Assembly: GCA_963826525.1 (NCBI GenBank)
Contig: CAWGXH010000004.1
Span: 352,001-416,000, forward strand
DNA length: 64,000 nt
Origin: an uncultured Methanomicrobiaceae archaeon
GTDB lineage: Archaea; Halobacteriota; Methanomicrobia; Methanomicrobiales; Methanoculleaceae
Direction: 5' to 3'
Part shown: in pieces, positions 50,625 to 60,637 of the stretch
Numbering within the stretch: position 1 is the first letter of the stretch
Layout of the letters: each line of letters opens with the position of its first letter
Notes under the pieces: model-generated
The model's input: the letters and a program-made list of their open reading frames with translations, nothing else
The model's database searches: none
What the model was told of the DNA's origin: nothing
Translations under genes and position numbers: made by a program

Positions 50625-52259
50625 CTACTTTCTCCGCCGGAGGAGGAAGATCACGGCAAAGCCTGCCAGAGCAAGACCGATACCAAAGCCGGGCTGCTGT
50701 GTCGGCGTCGGAGAGGCGGTCTCTGCTTCAGCAATGATATCGCAGTTGACAAAGGAGGTCTTCGCCCCGGTCACGAGGACGTTGCTGACCTTTACCTTCT
50801 CCCCGGCACGGTTCTCGATCCCGGCATCGAAGGTTTTCGCGTCCGTCTCTGTTCGAATAGTGCTGTCCTTAATCTGGATGGTACCGGCCTCGGAGACATC
50901 GTTATTCACAAAGATACCGTAGACGATATCCTTCTGCCCGCGAGAGACTACCGTGATATCGTGTAGCGTGACCTCCCGGCTCTCAGGCCCGGTCACTGTC
51001 AGGGCATGCGGCCGGGATGTTACGATATCACCACTCATAATAACCCCGTATGAGTCCTGAATCAACACGTCGTGGTGATCGTCGGCACCGCTTCCGACCG
51101 GCGCAATTCCGGCTCCTTGCTCCGAAGGTCTGCTCTTAAACGCCTCGACACTGATGTTGTGGGATCGATCGATGGTCAGGGAGCGGAGCTCTGCTCCGAT
51201 AGCCTCGCATTCCTTAAGCGTGAACCCGGAACCATGATCGACGGTGAACCCGTAGTCGGAGCCGGTGTCGGTGCATCGGATAAAGGAGACATCGTGACCC
51301 TGTACGCTTGCGCCGTTGATCAGGAAGCCATGCTTATTGTTCTCCGAGGTGCAGTTCTCAAACGTGACCCCCTTCGAGACGGTGAACCCGGCGCCGAACG
51401 TTGACGCATCCTTACCCTTCTGGGCGTTGTTGACGCTAACGCAGTCCTGGAACCGGACGTTCTTGATGTTCAGGTACGAGAAGCCCTCAAGGTGGAACCC
51501 ACTCTCCTGGTTGCCTTCCGCGTAGCAGCCGATGAGCTCGGCGCCGTCGATGTCGTTCTTCTCGACGATGTCGAACCCGGTCACCCAAGGCCCCGTGGAG
51601 ACGGAGCTCGCCCGCCCGCAGTTGATCGCCTCGCAGTTGAGGTACGTGATATCTTTTACGAGCCGCGGTTCGCCTTCGCCGCTGTTGAGGAACCCATAAC
51701 GGCCGCAGTCGATCGCCTTGCAGTTCTCAAAGACGGTGTCTTCGATTATGGTGTTGGCCGCCCAGACGTAGAAGGCGCCGATCCGGGAGTTGTCCACCGT
51801 CATCGTCACGTCACATATGCGAGCATGGCTCTCGGCGATGAGGATATCGGCAACCCCGGTGACGGTGAAACCTTTCAGCGTAACCGACGGGTGATAGACC
51901 CTGATTCCGCCGGCCTTCGGGAAGGCAAGCGTGGTGGCCTCAGGCCCGGCTCCTTCGAGCACGGCTCTTGCCGGGGGTTCGATATTGCCGGCGAGGTTGT
52001 ACGTCCCTCCCGCGAGGCGGACGGTACCACCGCTACCAGGCAGGGTGTTGAGAGCCTGCTGGATCTGAACGTGATCGTTGACTCCATCGCAGATGTAACT
52101 GGCCTTCGCTTTTTCGGCTGCGTTGCTATCGCTCGCAGCCACAATAACGGCAGGAACATCGGCACCGACACCTGGGTCTGTCAGAAACGGAGCCAGAATC
52201 ATTCCGAAAATCAGGAGTACCACTGCAATCAAGAGGATCACGCTACCGGTTAACTTCAA
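50625..52259 (-). CDS. Right-handed beta-helix protein 4 with PGF-CTERM archaeosortase signal
   Basis: TTG start, N-terminal hydrophobic segment, same core; C-terminus SPTPTQQPGFGIGLALAGFAVIFLLRRRK (PGF, TM helix, basic tail). Confidence 0.88.
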   Translation of the reverse strand: MKLTGSVILLIAVVLLIFGMILAPFLTDPGVGADVPAVIVAASDSNAAEKAKASYICDGVNDHVQIQQALNTLPGSGGTVRLAGGTYNLAGNIEPPARAVLEGAGPEATTLAFPKAGGIRVYHPSVTLKGFTVTGVADILIAESHARICDVTMTVDNSRIGAFYVWAANTIIEDTVFENCKAIDCGRYGFLNSGEGEPRLVKDITYLNCEAINCGRASSVSTGPWVTGFDIVEKNDIDGAELIGCYAEGNQESGFHLEGFSYLNIKNVRFQDCVSVNNAQKGKDASTFGAGFTVSKGVTFENCTSENNKHGFLINGASVQGHDVSFIRCTDTGSDYGFTVDHGSGFTLKECEAIGAELRSLTIDRSHNISVEAFKSRPSEQGAGIAPVGSGADDHHDVLIQDSYGVIMSGDIVTSRPHALTVTGPESREVTLHDITVVSRGQKDIVYGIFVNNDVSEAGTIQIKDSTIRTETDAKTFDAGIENRAGEKVKVSNVLVTGAKTSFVNCDIIAEAETASPTPTQQPGFGIGLALAGFAVIFLLRRRK

Positions 52260-52899
52260 GGTCTCACTCCGCTCACATGGTGCATTGCGTCCGATATGCT
52301 GTATGCGGATACCAACGAGGTAACCACCTGTAACCCGGATAAACTATATAAACATTTCCTTTAAAGGCCAAGTTCTCCATTCGCCAGCCAGAGGCATTCA
52401 CACCCTCGGGAAGACCGGAATTTCCAAAAAACTCCGAGAATCATACGGTGGAAGACACCCAAAAAGCGTATATCGAGGAGTTCCCATCCCGTTGCAGCAC
52501 CGGTCATAACGGCATCGAGCCAACCGGCTTCCGGGAATCCTCTGCCGATTCGCCCCGGTGACCATAGCGCCCGCCCGGGAAGGCAGGGGAGACCGGATGC
52601 ACAATGTATAAATATACGAACGGAGCTGACAACGAGACGACCTGCATAGATGCGGATTGAAGCGACCGGAGATGGAAGGAGAAGAGCCAGCCTCTCACAA
52701 TCTTCCCATACCGTTCATCATGATCTTCCACCCCGCATCAGTTTCGATCGTGAGCCACGGCATGGAGACTACCGGGCTCTTCTGCCCACCTTCAGGTATA
52801 TCCGGAGGAGCCGAAGCTCCGCAGGATAGCGTAACCATATACCAGGGTATACAGGACATATCCGGCACTGACAGATGAAAAAGGAGTCGACGAGTAATT

Positions 52900-54144
52900 A
52901 TGAAACTACCCATACCGAAAAGCATCGACGATGTACGGCAGCTCCTTACCGATCCACTCTTTAAAAACTCGTTCTTTATTCTGTCCTCCAATGTCATGGG
53001 GATCGTCTTTAGTTTCCTCTTCTGGCTCGTTGCCGCAAGGCTGTACCCAAAAGAGGACGTCGGTGTCGCAACCGCTCTTCTGTCGGCAACGGGACTCCTT
53101 ATCCTCCTCACGCGGTTCGGGCTCGATCAGTCTATCATCCGGTTCTTCCCGCATGGGAACAAGGATAAGATTCTGAGTACGACCATCATGGTGTCGACGG
53201 CGTTCGCACTGCTGCTCGGCGTGATCTTTATCACGGGCATCGACACCTGGTCTCCCGACCTCCAGATCGTCAAGCTCTATCCGCTGATCTTCCTCGGCAT
53301 CCTCGGCCTCGAGTCGACCGCCCACTACGTCGGCCTCTCATTCCTCGCCATACGTAAGTCGGAGTATACATTCATCAGAAACCTCTTTGCGGGGACGCGG
53401 ATATTCTTCCTCTTCCCACTTGTATTCTTCAGCGCACTCGGCATCTACTCCTCCTACGGGCTTGCCGTTCTGCTCTCGTTCCTGGTCTCGCTCATCTTCC
53501 TCGCCCGCGCCGGTCTCAAACCGGCCGGTATCGACAGGCCGTTCCTCCGAGAGTCATTCCGGTATTCTTCAGGCACCTACGTCGCCGGGCTCCTCGCCCT
53601 GCTGCCGGCTCAGATCCTGCCGCTCATGGTGCTGAACGTCCTCGGTGCAACGGAGACGGCGGATTACTACATCGCCTTCACCATGACCTCCGTCCTCTTC
53701 ATCATCCCCCAGTCGGTGACGATGTCGCACTTCGTCGAAGGTAGCCACGGTGAATCATTGAAGAGCATCACCAAAAAGTCGCTTGCGGTCATATTCATAA
53801 CCCTGACACCCGCAGTCATCCTGCTCTACATCTTCGGCGGGTTCTTCCTCGCACTCATCGGAAAGAGCTACGTCGAGGGGCTCGACCTCCTCCGGGTCAT
53901 GGTCCTTTCGAGTTTCTTCGTCGCATTCCAGCAGACCTATCTCTCCATCAAGAAGATTCAGAAGGATATGAGAGAACTCATCGCTATCAGCGCTCTCTCA
54001 TTCGTCCTCCTCATTGGCCTGAGTTACATATTCATGGTGGAGTTCGGGATCGTCGGGATCGGGTATGCGTGGGTGCTCGGGTATGGGATTCTCGCTCTGA
54101 TCATCGGGATACAGATACGCCGGAGCAACTGGCTCAAGGGGTGA
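52900..54144 (+). CDS. Oligosaccharide flippase (Wzx/RfbX-like, MOP superfamily)
   Basis: DPLFKNSFF, FLFWLVAARLY..DVGVA, FGLDQSIIRF; about 12 hydrophobic segments; FGIVGIGYAW. Confidence 0.88.
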   Translation: MKLPIPKSIDDVRQLLTDPLFKNSFFILSSNVMGIVFSFLFWLVAARLYPKEDVGVATALLSATGLLILLTRFGLDQSIIRFFPHGNKDKILSTTIMVSTAFALLLGVIFITGIDTWSPDLQIVKLYPLIFLGILGLESTAHYVGLSFLAIRKSEYTFIRNLFAGTRIFFLFPLVFFSALGIYSSYGLAVLLSFLVSLIFLARAGLKPAGIDRPFLRESFRYSSGTYVAGLLALLPAQILPLMVLNVLGATETADYYIAFTMTSVLFIIPQSVTMSHFVEGSHGESLKSITKKSLAVIFITLTPAVILLYIFGGFFLALIGKSYVEGLDLLRVMVLSSFFVAFQQTYLSIKKIQKDMRELIAISALSFVLLIGLSYIFMVEFGIVGIGYAWVLGYGILALIIGIQIRRSNWLKG

Positions 54145-54519
54145 GCAGCCACTCCGGCCGACCTCCCCCCCATAGAGTGAGTGCGTCCTGGAAGTGTCTG
54201 GGGATTGAAGATCGATCCGGATCGGAGTTCTCTTACGTAATGTCTCGCGCAGCCAATCCCCGGGCTATCGCATCGGGTCAGCCCCCGCCTGCCGGGGGTA
54301 TCTATGACCTCATTCATTCTTCCGGCAGCAGGTTTCCGGCACGGTGAGCGCACCCGGCGTCCAGGGTATCTCTTTGCCGACTGCGGAATCCGGAAATGCC
54401 GGGGAAGTGTTAATCTCTCCCGGCCGAAGCACCGTATCGAGGAGTGGGTCGGCACGAGATGCCTGACGGGAACCCGCAGCTGCTGGCGCTCCGGGAGGCG
54501 TAATAAAAAAGAGGTGATT

Positions 54520-56359
54520 TCAGGCAGCATTCAGGTTTTTCGGCACCGGGTAGAGATACCAGGTGTCGAACTCCCCGTTTGCATACGTCTTATCGAGGCC
54601 GGGATCACTGGAGAGACGGACGAAATCCGGAGCTGAATACTGATGCACCTGCGCCCGGACACTCTCCGGAAACGCCATATATGGGTACCTGGTTCATCTC
54701 CGTCGTCATCAGGTAGAGCGGGGGGTTGGTATCGAGCGATACCGCCAGCGTCCGGTTCGTATCGTACCCGAAATGCGAAGGGATGAAACTATCGAGCTGC
54801 GGCCGGTTGAAGTATTCCGGTGTCCCGTAACCGAAGTAGTACATCTCGTACCTGCCGAGCGGGAGGTCGGTGGTGAGCAGGGGAGTTTTGGTGTCGGCAG
54901 CGGTGAGATACCAGACGACCCCGTCGAGTTCCGACGTCGTGAGTTGAGCGTTTGCTTTCACGATATTCGGGCTGAAGTAGACGTTGAAAACGCCAAAAAA
55001 ACTTGCCCCGATGAGGAGGAAGACCATCGCCCCGAGGAATATCTTCCGCACCGTCGGCCGGTCGATCACCCGGTACTTATGGTAGAAGGTATAGCCGCAG
55101 AGGACAGGGATCACGACCACGGCGTACCGGGCGACCCTGATAGGTTCGAACTCGATGAAGTAGCCGACGACCATCGCAACAGCAAACGCCGTTGCCGCCA
55201 GGACCTGGACGCCATAGTACACTTCAAATCTTCGCGCCTTCCCCTTCAGGAAGAAAACGAGCACCAGCACCAGTGCAATGTACGCAGCGAGGAAGGAGAA
55301 GAGAAGCTGCCCGTACTGGGCAAGCGCTATTCTTCCCATCTCGATGAGCGAGATGTTCGCCTGCTCGGCAAGCCCGCCGTAGTATGAAGCGATCCCCGTG
55401 CTCTCCCCGAAGAGCCCGCCCAGTATTGCTTTCAGTTTCCAGTCGAGCCCTTCAAACGGATTCAGCCAGGTGAAAAGCCCGAGGACGATGGCCAGTATGA
55501 AATAGCGGACGTCGGGCTCGGGTGTGAGAGAGCCTCTCCCGAAGAACCTCTGCGCGACGATACCGGTGAGCCCGAAGACCGTAAAGATGATCAGGGCGAT
55601 GAGGGCGGTCATGGGATGAAAGAAGACGAGGAGGAGCGTCAGCAGCAGTGCAAGGGCCGTGAACGCAACCGGCGAGGTCGAGAGATTCTTGCGGTGGTAG
55701 CACCCGAGCAGGAGCGGGATCATGAAGACCGAGAGGATCGAGGGATGGATGGACTCATGGAAGTATGAGAGGAGCAGCGGAATCGAGAAGGCCAGAATGA
55801 AGAAGAGCGGCCCTTTGCACGGCGAGACTGTCTTTGCCAGAAAGAGCATGAAGACGATGAAGGCGAGCGAGAAGAAGATAGCCAGAAACATCGCCGCTTG
55901 ATCGAGCGATATGCCGATGTAGTCGAGAACCGAGACGAGGATATGGACCACGGGGTAAAAGTCGTTCGTGGCGATATGGCCGTATTCCACGATCGTCCTG
56001 CTCCAGCCGATATGCGAGAGAACGTCGTTGTTGCCCCGGCCGTAGAGGACGTATCCCCGTATCGCGGGCAGGCCGAGAAAGATCACGTAGGTCAACAGCA
56101 GCGGGATGAGGCCGAAGAGCCAGTACCAGGTCACCTCCGTTGCCCGGGTGCCGGACCAGACGATGAGCAGGAGGCCGAGCAGGATGCTCACGACGATCGC
56201 CGCCCAGAAGTAGACGGGGTAGGCATCGTAGATGGAGAGCTCATACCCGGTCGCAGGGCCTGATCTGATGATGGTCAGCAGAAGAACGAAGATACAGGCC
56301 ATCTGGCCGAGGGCAAGTATTTTTGCAAGGCGGTAATCGGGCGGGACGACGAAGGCCAT
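54520..56359 (-). CDS. Polytopic membrane protein (DUF2206-like; polymerase/GT-C candidate); apparent +1 frameshift near 54684
   Basis: About 13 TM segments; PATGYELSIY, GRGNNDVLSHIG, FYPVVHIL, FFHPMT; C-terminus continues as DFVRLSSDPGLDKTYANGEFDTW to TGA at 54520. Confidence 0.75.
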
Positions 56360-57492
56360 TAAGAGCCTCCCTCCTGCCGCCCCAGCGCCGCCCGGTACTT
56401 CCGCACAGCCTCTTCGAAGGTGAACATCGCCTGGACAAGGCTCTGTCCCCGATCTGCCACCTCCGCAAGATCGCTCCGCTGGAGGCATTCGAGGACGGCA
56501 CCGGCGATCGCGTCAGGGTTATTCTCCGCCATAAGATATCCGGTCTCGCCGTCTCTGATGATATCCGGAATAGAACCTACCGGTGTCGCGAGAACCGGTG
56601 TTCCGCAGGCCATCGCCTCGAGAACGATATTCGGGAGGCCTTCCGAATAAGACGGCACGACAAGCAGTTTCAGCTCGCTGAGCACCTCCGGCAGTCGGTC
56701 GCGGGGCGCCCACCCGGGAAGGCATACGTGATCGTGGAGATGGTAGAGGTCTAAGAGTTCCTCAACCCTTCCGCGCTGGGGGCCGTCTCCCACGATCATG
56801 AAGGAGAGATCACCCTGTTCCTCGAGCACCCGGGGTATCGCCTCGACGAGATTGAGGATCCCCTTCACCTCACTGAGGCGCCCGACGTACCCGACAAGGT
56901 TTTGCCGCTCACCGACCGGCTTTCTGCTCGAAAATAGGGCAAAATCGAGATAATGCTCGTGGGCAATCGCAATTTTGGGGATGAAGGGTTCAAGACCCCG
57001 CTCCCTGACGATCCGGTCTGAATAGATGATGATGGTGTCTGCCAGGTGGAAGTTGATCGATGAGAGGAGCGAGAGCGATCCTGCAAGGTTCTCGCTGTCC
57101 GCGGCAGGATCACGTGTCGGGAACCCGGCAAGACCGATGGCGGTACGTGCCCCGGTGATCTTTGCCGCGAGCATGGGGAGAATGAGACCCTCTCCCCCGA
57201 TGAAGAAGACCCAGGTATCCACGTCTCTTCCGGCTTTCAGCACGGCGTAGGACATCCGGAGCTGGGCGTGAATATACCGTGCGATCTTCGGTCCGATCTT
57301 CTCGGTGTACTGGTGATCTACGCCGGATACCTTCACCCGCGGGTCGTCCCGGAAGGCCAGATATCCTTCGTTCCCCGTGATGAGGTGGAGGTCGCCGCCG
57401 AGCATGGCCATGATAGCCACGAGGTGAGAGAGCGGCGTGGTGCCGCTTGTGGAGAGAGGGAACGTGATAATACCGAGGCTGGAACGCTTCAT
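56359..57492 (-). CDS. Glycosyltransferase family 4
   Basis: YVGRLSEVKG, IVGDGP, PSYSEGLPNIVLEAMACG.PV. Confidence 0.93.
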   Translation of the reverse strand: MKRSSLGIITFPLSTSGTTPLSHLVAIMAMLGGDLHLITGNEGYLAFRDDPRVKVSGVDHQYTEKIGPKIARYIHAQLRMSYAVLKAGRDVDTWVFFIGGEGLILPMLAAKITGARTAIGLAGFPTRDPAADSENLAGSLSLLSSINFHLADTIIIYSDRIVRERGLEPFIPKIAIAHEHYLDFALFSSRKPVGERQNLVGYVGRLSEVKGILNLVEAIPRVLEEQGDLSFMIVGDGPQRGRVEELLDLYHLHDHVCLPGWAPRDRLPEVLSELKLLVVPSYSEGLPNIVLEAMACGTPVLATPVGSIPDIIRDGETGYLMAENNPDAIAGAVLECLQRSDLAEVADRGQSLVQAMFTFEEAVRKYRAALGRQEGGS

Positions 57493-58673
57493 GAGCCCCG
57501 CTCCTCAAGGACTGTTTTGTACAGATTCTCCATCCGTTCCACGACACTCCCCCAGCCGAACTCGGAGAAGACCATCGTGCGTCCGTCTTCTCCAAACCTT
57601 CGCCGGCCTGCATCGTCCTTGAGCATATCGATGATTGCGGAAGCGAGCTCGTCCCGGTCGTACCGGACGACCCTGCCGCCCCGCCCGTCGATCATCTCCG
57701 CGATGCCGCAGCGATCGGTGAGAATAGCCGCCGTGCCGCAGGCGTTCGCCTCGAGAACCGTATTCGGGAAGGTCTCGTAGAGCGACGGGAGGACATAGAC
57801 ATCAGCATCGATATATGCGCTGAGCTTATCGCGGGTCTCATAGAGGGGGCCGGTGAAGAGGATCCGATCGGCTATACCGAGTGCCGCTATCTGCTGTTTC
57901 AAGGAAGGAAGCAGCCCCCCGTCGGGCCCGACGATGACGAGCCGTGCACGATGCCCCTCCCGGAGGATATCCGCGAACGCATCGACCAGGAGGTCGGTGC
58001 CCTTGATACGGTTGATCCGCCCGAGGAAGAGAATGATCTGCTCGTCGTCCGGGATACCGAACGCCTCCCGGAACCTCCCGGGTTCCGGAAGATCCCGGAA
58101 GAGAGAGAGGTCGACCCCGTTCGGAACGGTGACGATCCTCTCTCTTTCGACGCCCATTGCCTCGTACTGCTCTACCTCCCGTGGGTTGAGGGCAATGACG
58201 CGGGACGCACCCCGGAGCATCCGTTCCCCCCAGATACTGTCGAAGAACCCTTTCAGCCGCTGTACCTGCATAATCTTCGGGAGCGAACCACGCGCCTGCA
58301 GCACGTAGGGGACGTCGTATTTGCGTGCATAGCGGCAGACACCGGCGGTCAGGAGTGCCCGGTACTCGTTCATATGGATGATATCAAATGAGTCAATCTC
58401 CCGCCGGGCCACAACCGGCGAGTAGTAGGGCGTCGGCGGGAGCAGGGACGGCGCATACCTTCGAAGGTTTTCAAAGTAGTATACCCGGACGCCCTCGACA
58501 TCGACCGGAGCGTTGGTCGTAAGGTCGTAGTCCTGGTATGCCCAGTTGGTGGTGTAGACGGTGACCGCATGGCCCCGCGCCGCAAGGTGCCGGGAGAGCT
58601 CATATGTCGAGCGGGCGACACCGCCCGCCTCCCAGATCGGCTTATAGAAGTTCGCTACCTGGAGAATGTTCAT
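57489..58673 (-). CDS. Glycosyltransferase family 4
   Basis: Start MNILQV at 58673; PNGVD, FLGRINRIKG, PSLYETFPNTVLEANACG. Confidence 0.93.
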   Translation of the reverse strand: MNILQVANFYKPIWEAGGVARSTYELSRHLAARGHAVTVYTTNWAYQDYDLTTNAPVDVEGVRVYYFENLRRYAPSLLPPTPYYSPVVARREIDSFDIIHMNEYRALLTAGVCRYARKYDVPYVLQARGSLPKIMQVQRLKGFFDSIWGERMLRGASRVIALNPREVEQYEAMGVERERIVTVPNGVDLSLFRDLPEPGRFREAFGIPDDEQIILFLGRINRIKGTDLLVDAFADILREGHRARLVIVGPDGGLLPSLKQQIAALGIADRILFTGPLYETRDKLSAYIDADVYVLPSLYETFPNTVLEANACGTAAILTDRCGIAEMIDGRGGRVVRYDRDELASAIIDMLKDDAGRRRFGEDGRTMVFSEFGWGSVVERMENLYKTVLEERGS

Positions 58674-60637
58674 TGACGCTGTACCCCCACACCCACAAAT
58701 CCTTTCCCACTCACTCCGCCCGACTGCCCGGCGGCGAGTTCCGGGATCGACCCCTGAGCCGGTACCCCGGCACCTGCCGAAGCCTCCCCGGGGATCGCGG
58801 CTTCGTGCTCCCGGAGAGCGAGGGCGAGAACCAGCATCCGGAAGAGATATTTGGAGTTCAGGTAGGGATACTTCACAAAACCGGAACGAATGAGCAGGCA
58901 TTCGAGGCGCGCCGATAGGCCAGGGCTCTTATCTGCGATATCGCGGAAGATGCGCAGCAGGTTGTAGGATCGGTTCTGCGCCCGTATCCTGCCGTCCCCC
59001 TCTGTGAGAATCGACTCAACCCAGACTTCGGTCTTCTCCGGGTCGAGCACCTTCCGGAGAGCCGCCGGCGGGTTCCGTATGAGAGCGTCACGGATCAGGG
59101 CCTGAATATGCGGGTCGCGGTAGATCCGATCGAAACGGGTGCCTTCCGTCATATAGGGGTTCGGCGCGTTCGTATCCCGGAAGAGCTCCGGAAACCGATC
59201 GCGGTTCATCGCCACGAAGAGAGATTTATCCGTCCTGAGGCGGCTCGGTGTTGCGGCTATCACGTCGATGGTATGCCCGAAGAGGAACGGAGCGAACTGC
59301 GGTATGTAGACACGCCGGAAATAGGCCATCGTCTGCAGAAGGCGGGGACTTCGATGCCGCCAGAAGATGTAATCACGCAGATCGTCCATCTTCCGGATAG
59401 ACGAAGGGCACTCCCGGACGTACCGGTTTCGCTGTCTGCGTAAGTAATCCACTCCCTGTGCAAAGGCATCGGGGAGAAGAATCCGTTCCGGTTGGGCGAA
59501 CTCTCTGAGCGTGTAGAGGTAAGTGTTGAGGAAGACCAGATCGAGGTTTCCCGCAGGCAGTCGCCCCCCCCAGACCTCGTCCCCGCGTAGAATATAGTCA
59601 TACCGGCGGGATGCGTCCTGATAGAACCGGATGCCGAGGAACGCATCCTGGCTGACGACCGTATCGCATTCTCCGCCGGTCGCGGCGATCACGCGATGGA
59701 TATCATCGATGAGGCGAGAGGTTTCGGTCAGGTCGGCATCATAGAAGAAGTGATCTGCACCGAGCTTTTTTGCATAATACTCCCCGACCGAAGCGTCGCT
59801 CGCGGTATAGGCATCCCCGAAATTATAACTGACGGCACCGAAAGGAACCTTCAGTGCATCGAGAAAACCAAGGAGCGATCGCGAGTCGGTTCCGCCGCTC
59901 AGCGTTAAAAGCCCTCGTCCAGGAGGGAGCGCTGCAATATCCTGCGCTATCGCTTCGGCAAGCCTCTCTTTCAGGCTCTCTTCACCCTCGTCCGACGGGC
60001 TGAAGGTCATCTGCCAGTAGAACCGGCAGGCAAGACCGGCACTGTTGGCATAGACGGTACTGCCCCGGCCCCAGGCGGAAGACTTCGTTCCAGAATGTTC
60101 CGTCGCCCCAGAGATGGCCGCTGGCCATAAACTCATGGACCGCACCTTCCCGGATGCCCGGCTGCCACCCATACTTCGCAAGGGCACGGAGCGAGAGCGT
60201 TTCGGGAGAGACGGCGACGTAGCACTCCCTCCATCGGTATAGTACACCGGGTGAGTGCTGAGGTTGTCTGCGGCCACAACGATCTCGTGGTCTTTGCGGG
60301 AGTAGACCACCGCCTGGAAGTGACCGTACCAGTCCCGGAAGAACGATTGTACATCGCCTTCTGCGAGGTTTTCTGCGCAGTTTCGGAGAATATCCTGGGT
60401 GACCGGATTTCCTTTATACAGCGGCCACCCGTACCATGCAACCAGCCAGTCCTCGGAGTCGATGCATCCGTAGGAGTCCTTCCCGGTATGGAGTATGATC
60501 ACCGAGAGATCGTCCCACCGTGTGATGACGTGGCGTAAAAGCCCCGATGACTCGTACATCGTATCTGCAATACCCTCGGCAATCTCCCGCGATAATCCGG
60601 TGGGTTCTCTCTCGAGAACTGCGATGATTCCTGGCGT
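58670..60637 (-). CDS. Asparagine-synthetase-related amidoligase (degenerate Ntn domain plus ATP-pyrophosphatase domain); compensating indels near 60222 and 60056
   Basis: PP-loop LTLSGGTDSR, RGDEVWGG, FAPFL; the 60222-60056 segment reads YVAVSPE..EFMASGHLWGDGTFWNEVFRLGPG in another frame; start uncertain (ACG at 60637 or GTG at 60676). Confidence 0.75.
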   Translation of the reverse strand, partial: TPGIIAVLEREPTGLSREIAEGIADTMYESSGLLRHVITRWDDLSVIILHTGKDSYGCIDSEDWLVAWYGWPLYKGNPVTQDILRNCAENLAEGDVQSFFRDWYGHFQAVVYSRKDHEIVVAADNLSTHPVYYTDGGSATSPSLPKRSRSVPLRSMGGSRASGKVRSMSLWPAAISGATEHSGTKSSAWGRGSTVYANSAGLACRFYWQMTFSPSDEGEESLKERLAEAIAQDIAALPPGRGLLTLSGGTDSRSLLGFLDALKVPFGAVSYNFGDAYTASDASVGEYYAKKLGADHFFYDADLTETSRLIDDIHRVIAATGGECDTVVSQDAFLGIRFYQDASRRYDYILRGDEVWGGRLPAGNLDLVFLNTYLYTLREFAQPERILLPDAFAQGVDYLRRQRNRYVRECPSSIRKMDDLRDYIFWRHRSPRLLQTMAYFRRVYIPQFAPFLFGHTIDVIAATPSRLRTDKSLFVAMNRDRFPELFRDTNAPNPYMTEGTRFDRIYRDPHIQALIRDALIRNPPAALRKVLDPEKTEVWVESILTEGDGRIRAQNRSYNLLRIFRDIADKSPGLSARLECLLIRSGFVKYPYLNSKYLFRMLVLALALREHEAAIPGEASAGAGVPAQGSIPELAAGQSGGVSGKGFVGVGVQRQ

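Noticed and set aside
45300-51815. Repeated DNA as a CRISPR array or a diversity-generating retroelement TR/VR pair
   Set aside because: Repeats are coding paralogue cores about 2 kb apart; no spacers, cas genes or reverse transcriptase, and differences are not adenine-specific.
54145-54519. Possible ncRNA in long intergenic gaps (also 21470-21755 and 52370-52895)
   Set aside because: Only short GC stems expected by chance; no tRNA, SRP, RNase P or riboswitch signature recognised by eye.
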